Positions 36,784 to 46,653 of a stretch of 64,000 nt of DNA are shown here, in pieces; the first letter of the stretch is position 1, and the number at the start of each line of letters is the position of its first letter. Source of the DNA: Bryobacterales bacterium (GTDB lineage Bacteria > Acidobacteriota > Terriglobia > Bryobacterales > UBA6623); NCBI GenBank assembly GCA_965207035.1, contig OZ242259.1, forward strand, positions 742,475 to 806,474. The letters are read 5' to 3'. The notes under the pieces were generated by a model. It searched no databases and was not told the origin of the DNA. It saw nothing but the letters and a program-made list of their open reading frames with translations. A program made the position numbers and the translations under genes.

Positions 36784-37470
36784 TCATCCGGTTCGCCGCG
36801 TTCGATAGTAATAGGCTGCCACGGCCAGCCAAGCCGCGGCCGCGGCAGCGATCCAGGCCATCGACTCGTAGTCTCCATCGTACGCCACCGCCCCGAACAT
36901 GGTGCTCAACAGCAATGCCGGCATTCGGGCGAAGGTGGAGACAACCACGAAGACCGGGAACCGCAACGCGGTGAGACCGGCAGCATAAGACGCTGCATCC
37001 TTGGGCATGCCCGGTACAAGGAAGAGCACAAACATTGCAACGAGGCCCTTGCGAGACTGGAGGCTCCTGTCGATGCGCGCGAGCCTCTTCGGTCCGAGAA
37101 TTCGCTCAATCACTGGGCGCCCCACAGCTTTGGCAAAACCGAAATCGAAGGCCGATCCGAGCAGAATCCCGATTGTCGAGTACAGGAAGCCCCACCATGT
37201 CCCGAACACATAGCCGGCAGCGATCTGGGTGAATTCCCCGGGAATCGCGAATATCACGACTTGCAGAAACTGGAGTCCAATGCAGATCAAAGGGCCTGCC
37301 GGTCCATCCTCGCGCATCCAAGCGACAAGCTCTTCGTGGTCGACCAGCCGCCCAAGCCAGCCGCGCTGCCATACTATTGCGACAAGGCCCGCCAAGACGC
37401 CTAACGCGACGACGGTCCAGACCCTCGATACCGGTCTCGCCGAGGGGTCTGCAATCTCCGGCGAACTCAT
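36784..37470 (-). CDS. TVP38/TMEM64 (DedA superfamily) membrane protein
   Basis: 228 aa with FLQVVIFAIPGEFTQIAAGYVFGTWWG and FAKAVGRPVIERIL, typical of the family. Confidence 0.8.
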   Translation of the reverse strand: MSSPEIADPSARPVSRVWTVVALGVLAGLVAIVWQRGWLGRLVDHEELVAWMREDGPAGPLICIGLQFLQVVIFAIPGEFTQIAAGYVFGTWWGFLYSTIGILLGSAFDFGFAKAVGRPVIERILGPKRLARIDRSLQSRKGLVAMFVLFLVPGMPKDAASYAAGLTALRFPVFVVVSTFARMPALLLSTMFGAVAYDGDYESMAWIAAAAAAWLAVAAYYYRTRRTG

Positions 37471-37488
37471 GCCCTATCATATGGCAGA

Positions 37489-38121
37489 GTGTTTCCGAAC
37501 GAGCCGATGACCCTCGCGACCGACTACGCGCTGGGTCTGCTCGCTCTTGCATTGTCGATCCGGATGCGCCGTAGAGGCGCAAGGAGCGGTCGTTCATCCT
37601 GGGTCTTTGCGCTGGCTGCGGCCGCTGCAGCGGCGTTGCTCGGAGGCACCTACCACGGATTTCTGCCATGGCTTGACACGCGTATCGCAACGCTGCTTTG
37701 GAAGGCAACCCTCCTGTCAATCGGATGCGCAGCCTATGGGGTTTCGATGGCGACGATTCGAATCCATCTATCCGAGCCGGCAGGGCGTGTGTGCCGGACT
37801 GTCGCCGCACTGCAATTGATGCTCTACAGCGTCGGCGCAATGCTGACCGACGCGTTCCTTATAGCTATCGTCAACTACTCGATCGCGTTTGGATTCGTGC
37901 TGGCCATGCACGCCAGGGCGTGGTTGCGCCGGAGGGATTCCCCCTCGGCCTGGGTGACTGCCGGTGTAGTCGTGTCATTCTTCGCGGCAGGGATCCAAGC
38001 AGCCGGAATCGCGCCACATCCGTACTTCAATCACAACGACCTTTACCATGTCGTGCAGATGGTCGGAACCTGGATGCTCTACCGGGGAGCCAGCCAGCAG
38101 TCCGACATGCCCCCGAGATAG
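37489..38121 (+). CDS. Hypothetical polytopic membrane protein
   Basis: 210 aa with 6-7 TM segments and a C-terminal FNHNDLYHVVQ motif. Possible later start at 37507 (MTLATDY). Confidence 0.6.
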   Translation: MFPNEPMTLATDYALGLLALALSIRMRRRGARSGRSSWVFALAAAAAAALLGGTYHGFLPWLDTRIATLLWKATLLSIGCAAYGVSMATIRIHLSEPAGRVCRTVAALQLMLYSVGAMLTDAFLIAIVNYSIAFGFVLAMHARAWLRRRDSPSAWVTAGVVVSFFAAGIQAAGIAPHPYFNHNDLYHVVQMVGTWMLYRGASQQSDMPPR

Positions 38122-38122
38122 C

Positions 38123-39181
38123 TCATTCGGACCATCCGTGCGCGTCGCGCACCGCCACCATAACCCCCAGAATGTCGTTCCATGTTTGGGGGTCCAGCAT
38201 CACATTGTTGGGGAACATGCATCCGTCCCAGCAAATGTGCCGGCAGGTCTTGGTGAGATCTCCATTGCCGTCGCGGAGCCAGAAACCCGAGTGCCGCACG
38301 ATGTCGAGCCTGCCATCGGGATCGTTGGCCTGGCAATGCCGGCCAGTACGGTCGTGGCTGCCGCTACCAAACACTGTTCCGTCGTTCTGAGCAACATGGA
38401 AATCGTTTGTCCAAGGCCGCAACGAATCCGTCAATTGTCGCAATGCGCCGTCAAGCCTAGCGTCGTCGTTCCACGCAAAGTCCTGTGGGAGCAGTGCGTG
38501 CTCGGGCGCGTTGAAACCGAGCGTATACAACAGTGTGTGTGCCATGTCGGCCTGGAAACCCAACGCGGGGCTGTTGACGCCTTCAAGCACCTCCAGCATG
38601 TGCTTCCAGCTGTGCATCGCTCCCCAACAGATCTCCCCCTCTGCCGACAACGTCTCGCCGTTGTCCTGTGCAATGGCTGTAGCTTGCCGGAATGTCTCGA
38701 TTACGTTTGCCGTGTTGGATTCGGGATCCCGAGACCAATCCTCGACGCCACTCGCGGAATCGATGCGCACAACGCCCGAGGGGCGAATGCCCCATTCGCG
38801 GAGCTTCCGAGCGATACGGCAACCCTTCCTGACGGCCTGGAGGAAGGAGGCTCGCCCTTCTTCGGGATCGATTGCCGCTCCGCCGCCAGTGGGGCCCCAT
38901 ATCGGCGCCACAACGGAACCGATCGCAAGCCCGCGATCGGAGAATTTGTCAGCCCAAGCCTTCAGGTCATCGTCGGAAATGTCGATGCTAATGTGCGGGT
39001 CGAACAGGAACAGGTCAACCCCGTCAAACTTCTGCCCGTCGACCTCGGCGCCAGCCGTAAGATCAAGCATTGTGTCAAGGTCAATCGGAGGTTCCGAGTC
39101 TGGACCCTTGCCGACGACTCCGGGCCATGCGGCGTTGTGCAATTTGGGGAAATTGTCGGCAGAACTCATGGTTAGAACCAT
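38123..39181 (-). CDS. Sugar phosphate isomerase/epimerase (xylose isomerase-like TIM barrel) family protein
   Basis: About 350 aa, similar by eye to the large TIM-barrel subfamily common in Acidobacteria and Planctomycetes. Start is ATG 39181 or 39169. No signal peptide. Confidence 0.75.
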   Translation of the reverse strand: MVLTMSSADNFPKLHNAAWPGVVGKGPDSEPPIDLDTMLDLTAGAEVDGQKFDGVDLFLFDPHISIDISDDDLKAWADKFSDRGLAIGSVVAPIWGPTGGGAAIDPEEGRASFLQAVRKGCRIARKLREWGIRPSGVVRIDSASGVEDWSRDPESNTANVIETFRQATAIAQDNGETLSAEGEICWGAMHSWKHMLEVLEGVNSPALGFQADMAHTLLYTLGFNAPEHALLPQDFAWNDDARLDGALRQLTDSLRPWTNDFHVAQNDGTVFGSGSHDRTGRHCQANDPDGRLDIVRHSGFWLRDGNGDLTKTCRHICWDGCMFPNNVMLDPQTWNDILGVMVAVRDAHGWSE

Positions 39182-39416
39182 CCAATGATATCTCAACTGC
39201 CGTTCCGTCCGGGGGCCGCCAGTGAGCCGCTGATCCTTGCCGCGCCCCTCCTGACAGCACATGGATTCCAGTCCCCCTGGGGCTCTTGGGAGAACACATC
39301 AAGAAGCCTCTTGGTAGTCTTCTCGTGCTGACGATTCCTCACCGGAGAGCGGGCAGCACGGGCCAGAGACATACCGGACAGCCGCTTGGCAAGCCGATCA
39401 TCACCGGGTGACTTCG

Positions 39417-40940
39417 CTATTCCGGTGCTGTGATTTCCAAGGACGCCGAGGCTTCTGTTTGCTCTCGCGTCCGGGCATCCAGTGCCTGATATTGGGCAAG
39501 CGCCTCGCGCGCCTGCTCGCGCATTCCCAAGCGTTGATACGCCTGAGCCAACTGGTAGTGGATGCTGCCATCCCCGTCAAGACCGAGTGATGCACTAAGG
39601 TGCTCTGCGGCTTCTTGGGGCTTGTCGAGTGCCAGGTAGGAACGTCCCAGATCAAGTCGAGCGGTGACCGGGGCGCCTGGTCGAGCAACTGCGGATTCCA
39701 GCAGGGGTACCGCCTTCTCATAATCCTGCTCTCCGGCTAGCAAGTTGCCCAACATCGCGGCCCACCGGGCATCGTCGGGATCCGAGCGGTAGAACCGCTC
39801 CAGCAGTGGTCGCGCTTCCTCTACGCGCTTGGCGAGATACAGCAGTTCCGCCATCTGTCGCTCCAGCTCTCCAGATCCTTCTCCGATCTCAAGCGCTCGA
39901 CGACAGGCATCTGCTGCCCTGGAGAACTGCTCTTGGGAAGCGAAGATGTCCGCAACGAGAGTGAGCTTTTCGACCGATTCGGGAAGAGAAGCCAATTCCT
40001 TGAACGATTGTTCGGCGAGGCTGGCATATGACCGAGCTGCCCAGAATAGGTCCGACGACGGCAATTCTCCCGATAGCGACGGGGCAAGATCGAACCGGCC
40101 GCCGAGGAAATTGCACTCCGCGGACTGTGATTCGGCGCAGTCGGTGGCTGGTAAGGACTCGGCCTTCAGCCTCTCAACCTTCGCCCATTCGGGTTGCCCC
40201 GCACCCTCATAGACCGAAGCCACCGCCTCGTGGACGGCTCGGACGCCGGGCTGCCTTTCAAGAGCGGTCCGGAACAGGTATAGCGCACTCGGGTATTGAG
40301 CGGTCGCCAGCCTCATATGGCCAAGGAATCGCAACATATACGGGGACTCCGGATCGAGCTGCCTCAGCTGCTCGACAGCCGTGGCGACCAGTTCCTCGTT
40401 GCACCGGATCAGCCCTGCGTGAGCATAGGCGTTTGTCGGGTCAATGTCCCTGAGTGCACGCCAAGCCCTCGCGGCCTGAGGGTACTCCTTGACCGCTTCC
40501 AGAGCTTCGCCGAGCAACGCGTGGGCGAACGGGTGCTGCGGATTGATTTGCGTCGATTTCCGGAGAGGATCGACTGCCTCTGCGTATCGGCCGAGGCGAG
40601 ACAGGCTGGCCCCTAGCGCGAATTGGGCCGGAAATGATGACGGCAAAGCGAGCGCTGCCTCTTGGAGGGGTGCGATCGCTTCCGTGTCTCGGTTGCTGAA
40701 ATGCAAGGCCATTCCAAGATTGGCCTGCAGTGTCGGTTCGTTCGGGAACTTGGCGGCTAAGTCTGAATAAATCTCCGCAGCTTCGCTGAATCTCCTCTCG
40801 GCCATCGCATTCCGGGCGGATTCGGCGAGAGCGTTTGGATCGACCTGGGCACTGACGCCGACGGCCGCCGACGTCAAGAGGATGGCACCAACCATCGCTT
40901 GGCACGAACCTCGGAACCTAGCCTTGCCATATCGCAGCAC
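39417..40940 (-). CDS. Secreted tetratricopeptide (TPR) repeat protein
   Basis: 507 aa with a signal peptide (AILLTSAAVGVSAQ) and many 34-residue A/L/Y-rich repeats (e.g. AxxxYxxALxxxP). Confidence 0.8.
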   Translation of the reverse strand: MLRYGKARFRGSCQAMVGAILLTSAAVGVSAQVDPNALAESARNAMAERRFSEAAEIYSDLAAKFPNEPTLQANLGMALHFSNRDTEAIAPLQEAALALPSSFPAQFALGASLSRLGRYAEAVDPLRKSTQINPQHPFAHALLGEALEAVKEYPQAARAWRALRDIDPTNAYAHAGLIRCNEELVATAVEQLRQLDPESPYMLRFLGHMRLATAQYPSALYLFRTALERQPGVRAVHEAVASVYEGAGQPEWAKVERLKAESLPATDCAESQSAECNFLGGRFDLAPSLSGELPSSDLFWAARSYASLAEQSFKELASLPESVEKLTLVADIFASQEQFSRAADACRRALEIGEGSGELERQMAELLYLAKRVEEARPLLERFYRSDPDDARWAAMLGNLLAGEQDYEKAVPLLESAVARPGAPVTARLDLGRSYLALDKPQEAAEHLSASLGLDGDGSIHYQLAQAYQRLGMREQAREALAQYQALDARTREQTEASASLEITAPE

Positions 40941-41183
40941 GAATCACCTGCTCGAATCCATCTTGGCACACCGGAAGACGACGGGCCAGACAGATTGACG
41001 GACTGGGTCAGTCGGTTGCGAGGCGCATGCCGTGCACCTGACCAATGAAACATTGTGGCGCCCCAAGGAAATGGTGGCGAGTGGCCCGCGGGGGGTAAAT
41101 GGGATTTCGTGTGCTGCGCCAGGACTTCATCTCGATCAGGTTGTCGAGGGGCGTTTCACCATCCCATTGCAAGACATGCTCGC

Positions 41184-41218
41184 AAAACCAAAAAGGGGCC
41201 TGTCCGAAGACAGGCCCC
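41184..41218 (-). terminator. Rho-independent terminator of the TonB-dependent receptor gene
   Basis: On the minus strand the hairpin GGGGCCTGTC-TTCG-GACAGGCCCC (10-bp perfect stem) is followed by TTTTTGGTTTTG. It starts 24 nt after the stop codon. Confidence 0.7.
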
Positions 41219-41242
41219 GACGCTGGCTTATTGGCGCGGTCG

Positions 41243-44200
41243 TTAGAAGCTGAACCTCAATCCGATTCTGGCCACCCGTTCGCCGCCCGCGGAAGTGATC
41301 GTCATGAACGCACCGCTTGCCACGCTGTCGTTGAACCTGCCGAACTGTGGGGTATTGGTGAAGTTGAAGAACTCGGCACGGAACTGAGCTTCAACTTGCT
41401 CCCCGATCGGGAACTTCTTGAAGATGCTCAAATCGAGGTTTGTAACACCTGGGGTGTCCAAGATGTTGCGTCCTGAGTTTCCAAAGCGCTGCTCTGTGAC
41501 TGGCGCGAAGGATGAGGGATCGTAGTAGTGCTGGCCGGGCCCCACGCCGCCGAGCTTCCTGACCTCTCCTACTTGGTCCGCAGTTTGAAAAGCGCTGGCC
41601 GCGTTTAAGGAACTGCCGGACGCGCGGATCGACCGCGGCGTTCCCGTAAACAGGGCAGCGATACCGCTGACCTGCCAGTTTCCGAGGATTCTTCCAGCTG
41701 CGCTGTTCGTGTTCTTCAAGAAGGGCAGGTCGTAGACAAATCCCATTTGGAACATGTGAGTTCGATCGTAACCGGCCCGGGCGCGGTTCCGGTGCCATAC
41801 GTCCAGATGGTCCCATGCGACTCCAGCCCAGCCCTCATCATCAGCCATACCCAACGCCTTGGACCAGGTGTACGCACCCTTCAGCATCAGACCGTTCGAG
41901 AGACTGCGGTTCAGGGCGATCTGGAGCGAGTGGTAGTCCGAGGCGAGATAGCTGTCCCACATGTTGATATTTGTCTGACGGCCAAAGGCCGCAGCGAACG
42001 GCCGTCCGGCATTGCCTTCTCCAGGCCTGGATGCATTGATGTCTCGGTCGCCGAGCATGTCGACCGAGCGGGTCGCCACGTACCCCACGGAGGTTATGAG
42101 ATCGCCGGGCAGGCGCCGCTCCACGGTGAAATTCCAAGACGCGATATAGCCCCGGTTCAACGTGCCCTCGTAGGGGCTGCGGAATCCGGCAGTGACGGGC
42201 ACGTCAATCACACCCGTGTCGAGATCCGGCCCTACGACCGGCGGAATCCCGTCCGCCAGAGAGCGGAAGAGCTCGAAGGTGTTCGGGCGCTGGAAGTCAA
42301 GAGCAACGGTGATCGGGTATTGGCCGCGCATCGGCCTTGAAAACGGCATTGGGCTGTAGTTCAGGCCAAACCCGGTGCGGATCACCGTTAGGTCATCAAC
42401 GCGGTATGCGATTCCGGCGCGGGGCGAGAACAGAGCTTTGCTGACGTCGATACCCGCGTTCTTTGGGGTGCTTCCACGACCACCGAGATACATCTGGTTA
42501 GTCTGGGGATCATATCGTTCGATTCCCTTTCCTCCAGCCCGAGACATTAGCGGGTAGTATTCGTACCGCAAGCCGAGGTTCACTGTCATTCGTGGGTTGA
42601 GCTGCCAACGATCAGTGACGTACCACGCGAACTGCCACTCGTTGCCAGTCGCAAGCACGTGCTGGATGGCTTTTCGCATTCTGGATGTCTCCCCCAGAAG
42701 GAAAGAAGCAAAGTGGTTGTATTGGCCGGGAGCATCGCCGCCGTTCAGGGAAGTGGTGTCGCCATTGAAGTCGATTGTGCCTCGGGGGCCCCCTCCCAGT
42801 TCGGGTTGCCAATGGGCAAGCTTGAGCAGGATCCCGTCAAACCCGAACCGAATCTGGTGGGTGTTCTTGATCCAGGTGAAGTTCTGACTGGTTGTCCAGT
42901 TCTCCTCCACTCGGGAAAGCGGCTGCCAACCTGGCGCACCCAGCCGCGTGTAGGGTCCTGGCTGGATCCGGGGGAACCCGATCTGGCGGGGGTCCGACCC
43001 GCCAAGCCCCGGGATGCCGAGGCCGAAATCCTTGCCGAGGTCTGTGGGGTTCACGAACTGGTCCTGCCGCCAATAGCCGAAGACGCCGTCGTAGAGGAGG
43101 GTGGGCGAGAAGGTGTAAGTGTGTCCGAACGTGCCAAGGTTGACATAGGTTTCGGCGTCGCCAGGGCTCCCGCCCGGGGCCGGGCCGCCCGCATCCCCGA
43201 AGATCGGCGTTCCGGAAACGGGCGCATCCATGAAGCCATGCTTGGCCCAGAAGGAATAGTTCTGGTTGACCGTGAAGTTGAGTTTCGAGTCGTAATAAGC
43301 GCGATCAAATGGTGGCGACCCGCTGGAATGGAAGTTGTTGTTAGTGCCCGGCTGGTTCGGATCCGGAATGTAGTTCTGGATGTTCAAGGCAATCGGGCTC
43401 TGCCTGCTCAGCGGGATCATCTTGTTTTGGAATGGGATCCGCTCTGTCCCATCCTTGTTGCCCGTGCGAGGATCAAAAATGGTATCGTCGTAAGCGCTGA
43501 AATCCCCCATACGCTGGTCGGCGGTCGGGACTTCGTCCCCGGTTCGAACACCGGAGACTGCCTGCGCGGTCTTGTCATAGCTGAAGAAAAAGAACAGCCG
43601 GTTCCTGACCATCGGTCCGCCGATGGTGCCGCCGTAGTTCTTAAAGAAGCTGTCGGGCTTTCCTTGGGCGAAGTAATTCCGGGCACGCATGCTTTGGTTG
43701 TTGTAGAACCAGAAGCCTGATCCATGGAGATCGTTGGTACCGGACTTGGTGATGACGGTTGTGGAGGCTCCGCCCGACAGCCCCTGCTCGGCGTCACCGG
43801 AACCGGTTGTGATGCTCACCGTCTCGATGGTCTCGGCCGGTGCGATATAGCCGGCGTGATGAGGCAGCCAGACGTTGATGCTGGCCGCTCCGTCGATCCG
43901 GGTCACGTTGTTGTTCCGGTTGGTGCCGTTGACGTTCGTGCTCAGTGCACGAGCGGGCGTGTCCAGAATCGAGTTCTGGAACCGTGCCGGCGTTGCTCCG
44001 GGTACGAGGTTGACCAGGCTTTGGTAGTTCCGGAAGTTCGGCAATGGGAAATTCGTGATCGCCTGCTGGGAGATCTCCGATCGAGTGTCGGCCTTCTCCG
44101 TCTGCAATTGCGCGGCGGACGCTTCGACTGTGACCTGTTCGGTGACTTGGCCGAGCACTAGGCCCACATCGACGCGCGTCACGGCATTGGCCGTTACGGC

Positions 44201-44500
44201 AACACCCGCCTCGGTGTGAGTTCGGAACCCGTCCGATGTGATCGAGACATCGTAATTCCCAAGCGGGACATTGACCAATCGAAAGAGACCGTCTCCACCG
44301 GACGACGATTCCAGTTCGAGGCCAGTCGCAAGATTCACCGCGGATACCTGCGCTCCCGGCACGACAGCGCCGGTAGCATCAGAAACTGTCCCTACCAGCG
44401 AACCGTAGAGAACTTGTGCTGAGGCTGGCGCGGCCCAAGTCAGGGCCAGCACAGCACCCAGAATTGCCCATTTCCGAATTTCGGAGCGGGAGTTAAACAT
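41243..44500 (-). CDS. TonB-dependent receptor with N-terminal carboxypeptidase-regulatory-like domain
   Basis: 1085 aa with a signal peptide. The N-terminal domain reads VLYGSLVGTVSDATGAVVPGAQVSAVNLATG...GDGLFRLVNVPLGNYDV, followed by plug and beta-barrel regions and a C-terminal aromatic residue (RFSF). Confidence 0.9.
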   Translation of the reverse strand: MFNSRSEIRKWAILGAVLALTWAAPASAQVLYGSLVGTVSDATGAVVPGAQVSAVNLATGLELESSSGGDGLFRLVNVPLGNYDVSITSDGFRTHTEAGVAVTANAVTRVDVGLVLGQVTEQVTVEASAAQLQTEKADTRSEISQQAITNFPLPNFRNYQSLVNLVPGATPARFQNSILDTPARALSTNVNGTNRNNNVTRIDGAASINVWLPHHAGYIAPAETIETVSITTGSGDAEQGLSGGASTTVITKSGTNDLHGSGFWFYNNQSMRARNYFAQGKPDSFFKNYGGTIGGPMVRNRLFFFFSYDKTAQAVSGVRTGDEVPTADQRMGDFSAYDDTIFDPRTGNKDGTERIPFQNKMIPLSRQSPIALNIQNYIPDPNQPGTNNNFHSSGSPPFDRAYYDSKLNFTVNQNYSFWAKHGFMDAPVSGTPIFGDAGGPAPGGSPGDAETYVNLGTFGHTYTFSPTLLYDGVFGYWRQDQFVNPTDLGKDFGLGIPGLGGSDPRQIGFPRIQPGPYTRLGAPGWQPLSRVEENWTTSQNFTWIKNTHQIRFGFDGILLKLAHWQPELGGGPRGTIDFNGDTTSLNGGDAPGQYNHFASFLLGETSRMRKAIQHVLATGNEWQFAWYVTDRWQLNPRMTVNLGLRYEYYPLMSRAGGKGIERYDPQTNQMYLGGRGSTPKNAGIDVSKALFSPRAGIAYRVDDLTVIRTGFGLNYSPMPFSRPMRGQYPITVALDFQRPNTFELFRSLADGIPPVVGPDLDTGVIDVPVTAGFRSPYEGTLNRGYIASWNFTVERRLPGDLITSVGYVATRSVDMLGDRDINASRPGEGNAGRPFAAAFGRQTNINMWDSYLASDYHSLQIALNRSLSNGLMLKGAYTWSKALGMADDEGWAGVAWDHLDVWHRNRARAGYDRTHMFQMGFVYDLPFLKNTNSAAGRILGNWQVSGIAALFTGTPRSIRASGSSLNAASAFQTADQVGEVRKLGGVGPGQHYYDPSSFAPVTEQRFGNSGRNILDTPGVTNLDLSIFKKFPIGEQVEAQFRAEFFNFTNTPQFGRFNDSVASGAFMTITSAGGERVARIGLRFSF

Positions 44501-44609
44501 GAATTCCTCCTAAATGTAAGATGCAGTCCCCTGTTCCCCACGGGTCACACGGAACCTCAAATAGACCGGGGCATCTCTCCAGATGCCTCGCAGTCAAGTG
44601 TCGCACAGG

Positions 44610-44638
44610 AATATGTCGTCGTCAAACTTTTTGTCAAT
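44610..44638 (-). promoter_or_regulatory. Candidate sigma70-type promoter for the TonB-dependent receptor gene
   Basis: On the minus strand, TTGACA (44638-44633), a 17-nt spacer and CATATT (44615-44610). It lies about 110 nt upstream of the ATG at 44500. Confidence 0.3.
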
Positions 44639-44648
44639 TTTTCGTCAA
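44621..44648. repeat. Three helically phased GTCAA (TTGAC) direct repeats
   Basis: TCGTCAAACTTT-TTGTCAATTTT-TCGTCAAG, with repeat starts at 44621, 44633 and 44644 (spacing 12 and 11 bp). A fourth GTCAAG lies at 44593. Confidence 0.6.
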
Positions 44649-44882
44649 GGGCGTCGACGGCCACCGGCGTGACTGCGCCCGAATGTCTCGATTCCGGCTC
44701 GAAAGGCCAGCCGGGTCATTCGAGTCCTCGGTTGCTAGCGCAATCTCGCGGCTGTATATCTCCTAGGCGTGTGGTCTAGCTGAGCGAATCGCGAGATGCA
44801 GTGTGTCACGGAAGATGCTGCCAACACGCTTCAAGGTTTAATCTGGAGCTTGGCAACACGCTTGCCGTATCTTGTGGCTCGA

Positions 44883-46487
44883 ATGCCAACGCCTTGGTTG
44901 CCGCTATGTGCCCTGTCTCTAAGTGCGCTGTGCCCGGCCGAGATTCGACTGGATCGCGTCAACGCCTCCGGCCTTCTGTTCAGCCTGGAGAACGCGGCCA
45001 CGCCTTCCAAGCGTCTGATCGAGACAATGGCAGGAGGACTCGCCGTTCTTGATTACAACGGGGACGGCATGCCCGACATCTTCTTCACTAACGGGGCTTC
45101 TCCCGGTTCGATGCGTAAGAGTTTGCCGAAGTATCGCAATCGCCTCTTTGAGAATACTGGTGGACTACGGTTCGTGGATGTCACTGGTAAGTCCGGTGTC
45201 GCTGGAGAGGGGTACTCGATGGGCGCAGCGGCCGCGGACTACGACAACGACGGGGATGTCGACCTGTTCGTCGCGGGCGTGTTCCGAAGCTTCCTCTATC
45301 GCAATCGGGGTGACGGCACGTTCGAGGATGTGACTGAACGCGCAGCAATTGACGAGTCCGAATGGGCCGTTGCAGCGGGCTGGTTCGACTACGACAGCGA
45401 CGGGCTCCTCGATCTCATGGTTATCAATTACGCGGATTGGTCATTGGACTTCGACCGGTATTGCGGCGACAGGGCTCGGGGCCTGCGCGTTTACTGCCAT
45501 CCGAAGTACCTTACGCCGATTGCCAACCGCTTGTACCGCAATCTTGGGAACGGAGAGTTCGAAGACGTGAGTGGCCAGGTCGGTGTGTCCCGGTTCCGTG
45601 GTCGCGGCATGAGCGTAGCGTTCGCTGACTTCGACGGCAACGGCTGGCAGGATGCGTTTGTCACCAACGACAACCTTCCGAATTTCCTGTTCTTGAATCA
45701 GGACGGAACCTTCTTCATCGAAGACGCTCTCTTGGCCGGCGTGGCGTTGCTGGACCATGGGAAGCCCGTCGCATCGATGGGCGTGGACATCGGAGACTAT
45801 GACGGCGACGGACACCCGGATCTGTCCGTGACGGCACTGAGCAACGAAACCTTCCCGCTCTTTCGCGATGAGGGCCAAGGTTCGTTTCGCGATGCCACGA
45901 TACCGAGCGGCATGGCGAAGGCGTCCCGGACATATGCAGGATGGGGCAACGTCTTCGCCGATTTCGATAACGACGGCCAGGTGGACCTCTTCACCGCCAA
46001 TTCGCACGTAAATGACATCGTCGAGGAATTCGAGCCATTCCCTTACAGGCAACCCAATACAGTGTTTCGTAATCTTGGAGGTCAGTTTGCTGGTGCACTG
46101 GAGATCGGCGAGCCGGGTACGTACAGAGGGGCAGCGGCCGCTGACTTAGACGGCGATGGTCGGCTCGACGTGGTGGTGAGTGCGCTTGGCGCTCCCGCAA
46201 CCCTCTTCCGCAACGTCTCGGAACCGGCCGGGAACTGGATTGCCCTGGACCTCGTCGGCACAGTCTCCAACCGCGACGGACTCGGGGCCCGGGTGAAAGT
46301 CCGAGACCAAACCCGCTGGATGAAGAGCGCCGCGGGCTACGCCTCGTCCAGCCTGAGGCCAATACACTTCGGCCTCGGAGACCGCACAGCGCCAGTGACC
46401 GTCGAGGTCGCCTGGCCCAGCGGGCAGAGTCAGACGGTCGAGTCCGTTCCATTGAATCAACTCACAGTCATCCGTGAGCCGAGGTAA
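44883..46487 (+). CDS. CRTAC1-like FG-GAP/VCBS repeat protein with ASPIC/UnbV C-terminal domain
   Basis: Repeated DYDNDGDVDLFV / DYDSDGLLDL / DFDGNGWQD / DYDGDGHPDL / DFDNDGQVDL calcium-binding FG-GAP motifs. The C-terminal GLGARVKV...GYASSS...HFGLG motif is ASPIC/UnbV-type. ATG 44883 gives a signal peptide. Confidence 0.85.
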   Translation: MPTPWLPLCALSLSALCPAEIRLDRVNASGLLFSLENAATPSKRLIETMAGGLAVLDYNGDGMPDIFFTNGASPGSMRKSLPKYRNRLFENTGGLRFVDVTGKSGVAGEGYSMGAAAADYDNDGDVDLFVAGVFRSFLYRNRGDGTFEDVTERAAIDESEWAVAAGWFDYDSDGLLDLMVINYADWSLDFDRYCGDRARGLRVYCHPKYLTPIANRLYRNLGNGEFEDVSGQVGVSRFRGRGMSVAFADFDGNGWQDAFVTNDNLPNFLFLNQDGTFFIEDALLAGVALLDHGKPVASMGVDIGDYDGDGHPDLSVTALSNETFPLFRDEGQGSFRDATIPSGMAKASRTYAGWGNVFADFDNDGQVDLFTANSHVNDIVEEFEPFPYRQPNTVFRNLGGQFAGALEIGEPGTYRGAAAADLDGDGRLDVVVSALGAPATLFRNVSEPAGNWIALDLVGTVSNRDGLGARVKVRDQTRWMKSAAGYASSSLRPIHFGLGDRTAPVTVEVAWPSGQSQTVESVPLNQLTVIREPR

Positions 46488-46653
46488 CTCTGCGCTACCT
46501 GGACTATTCTTCTCGAAACGCATTCATCTGGTTCTATGCGGGCTCACCGACGATGAGACGCCTGTGCGAGCACGACCGCAAAAAGGGTGCTGGAATTGCT
46601 GTGGGATACTGTCGCCGGCTTCTCATGTTGCCAAGGCCCTCCACGCGGCAGCT

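Noticed and set aside
38048-39175. 375-aa plus-strand ORF opposite the TIM-barrel gene
   Set aside because: It is a shadow ORF. The minus-strand product has family-like sequence and sensible start context.
42659-43720. 353-aa plus-strand ORF inside the TonB-dependent receptor gene
   Set aside because: It is antisense to an unambiguous 1085-aa TBDR and has junk-like composition.
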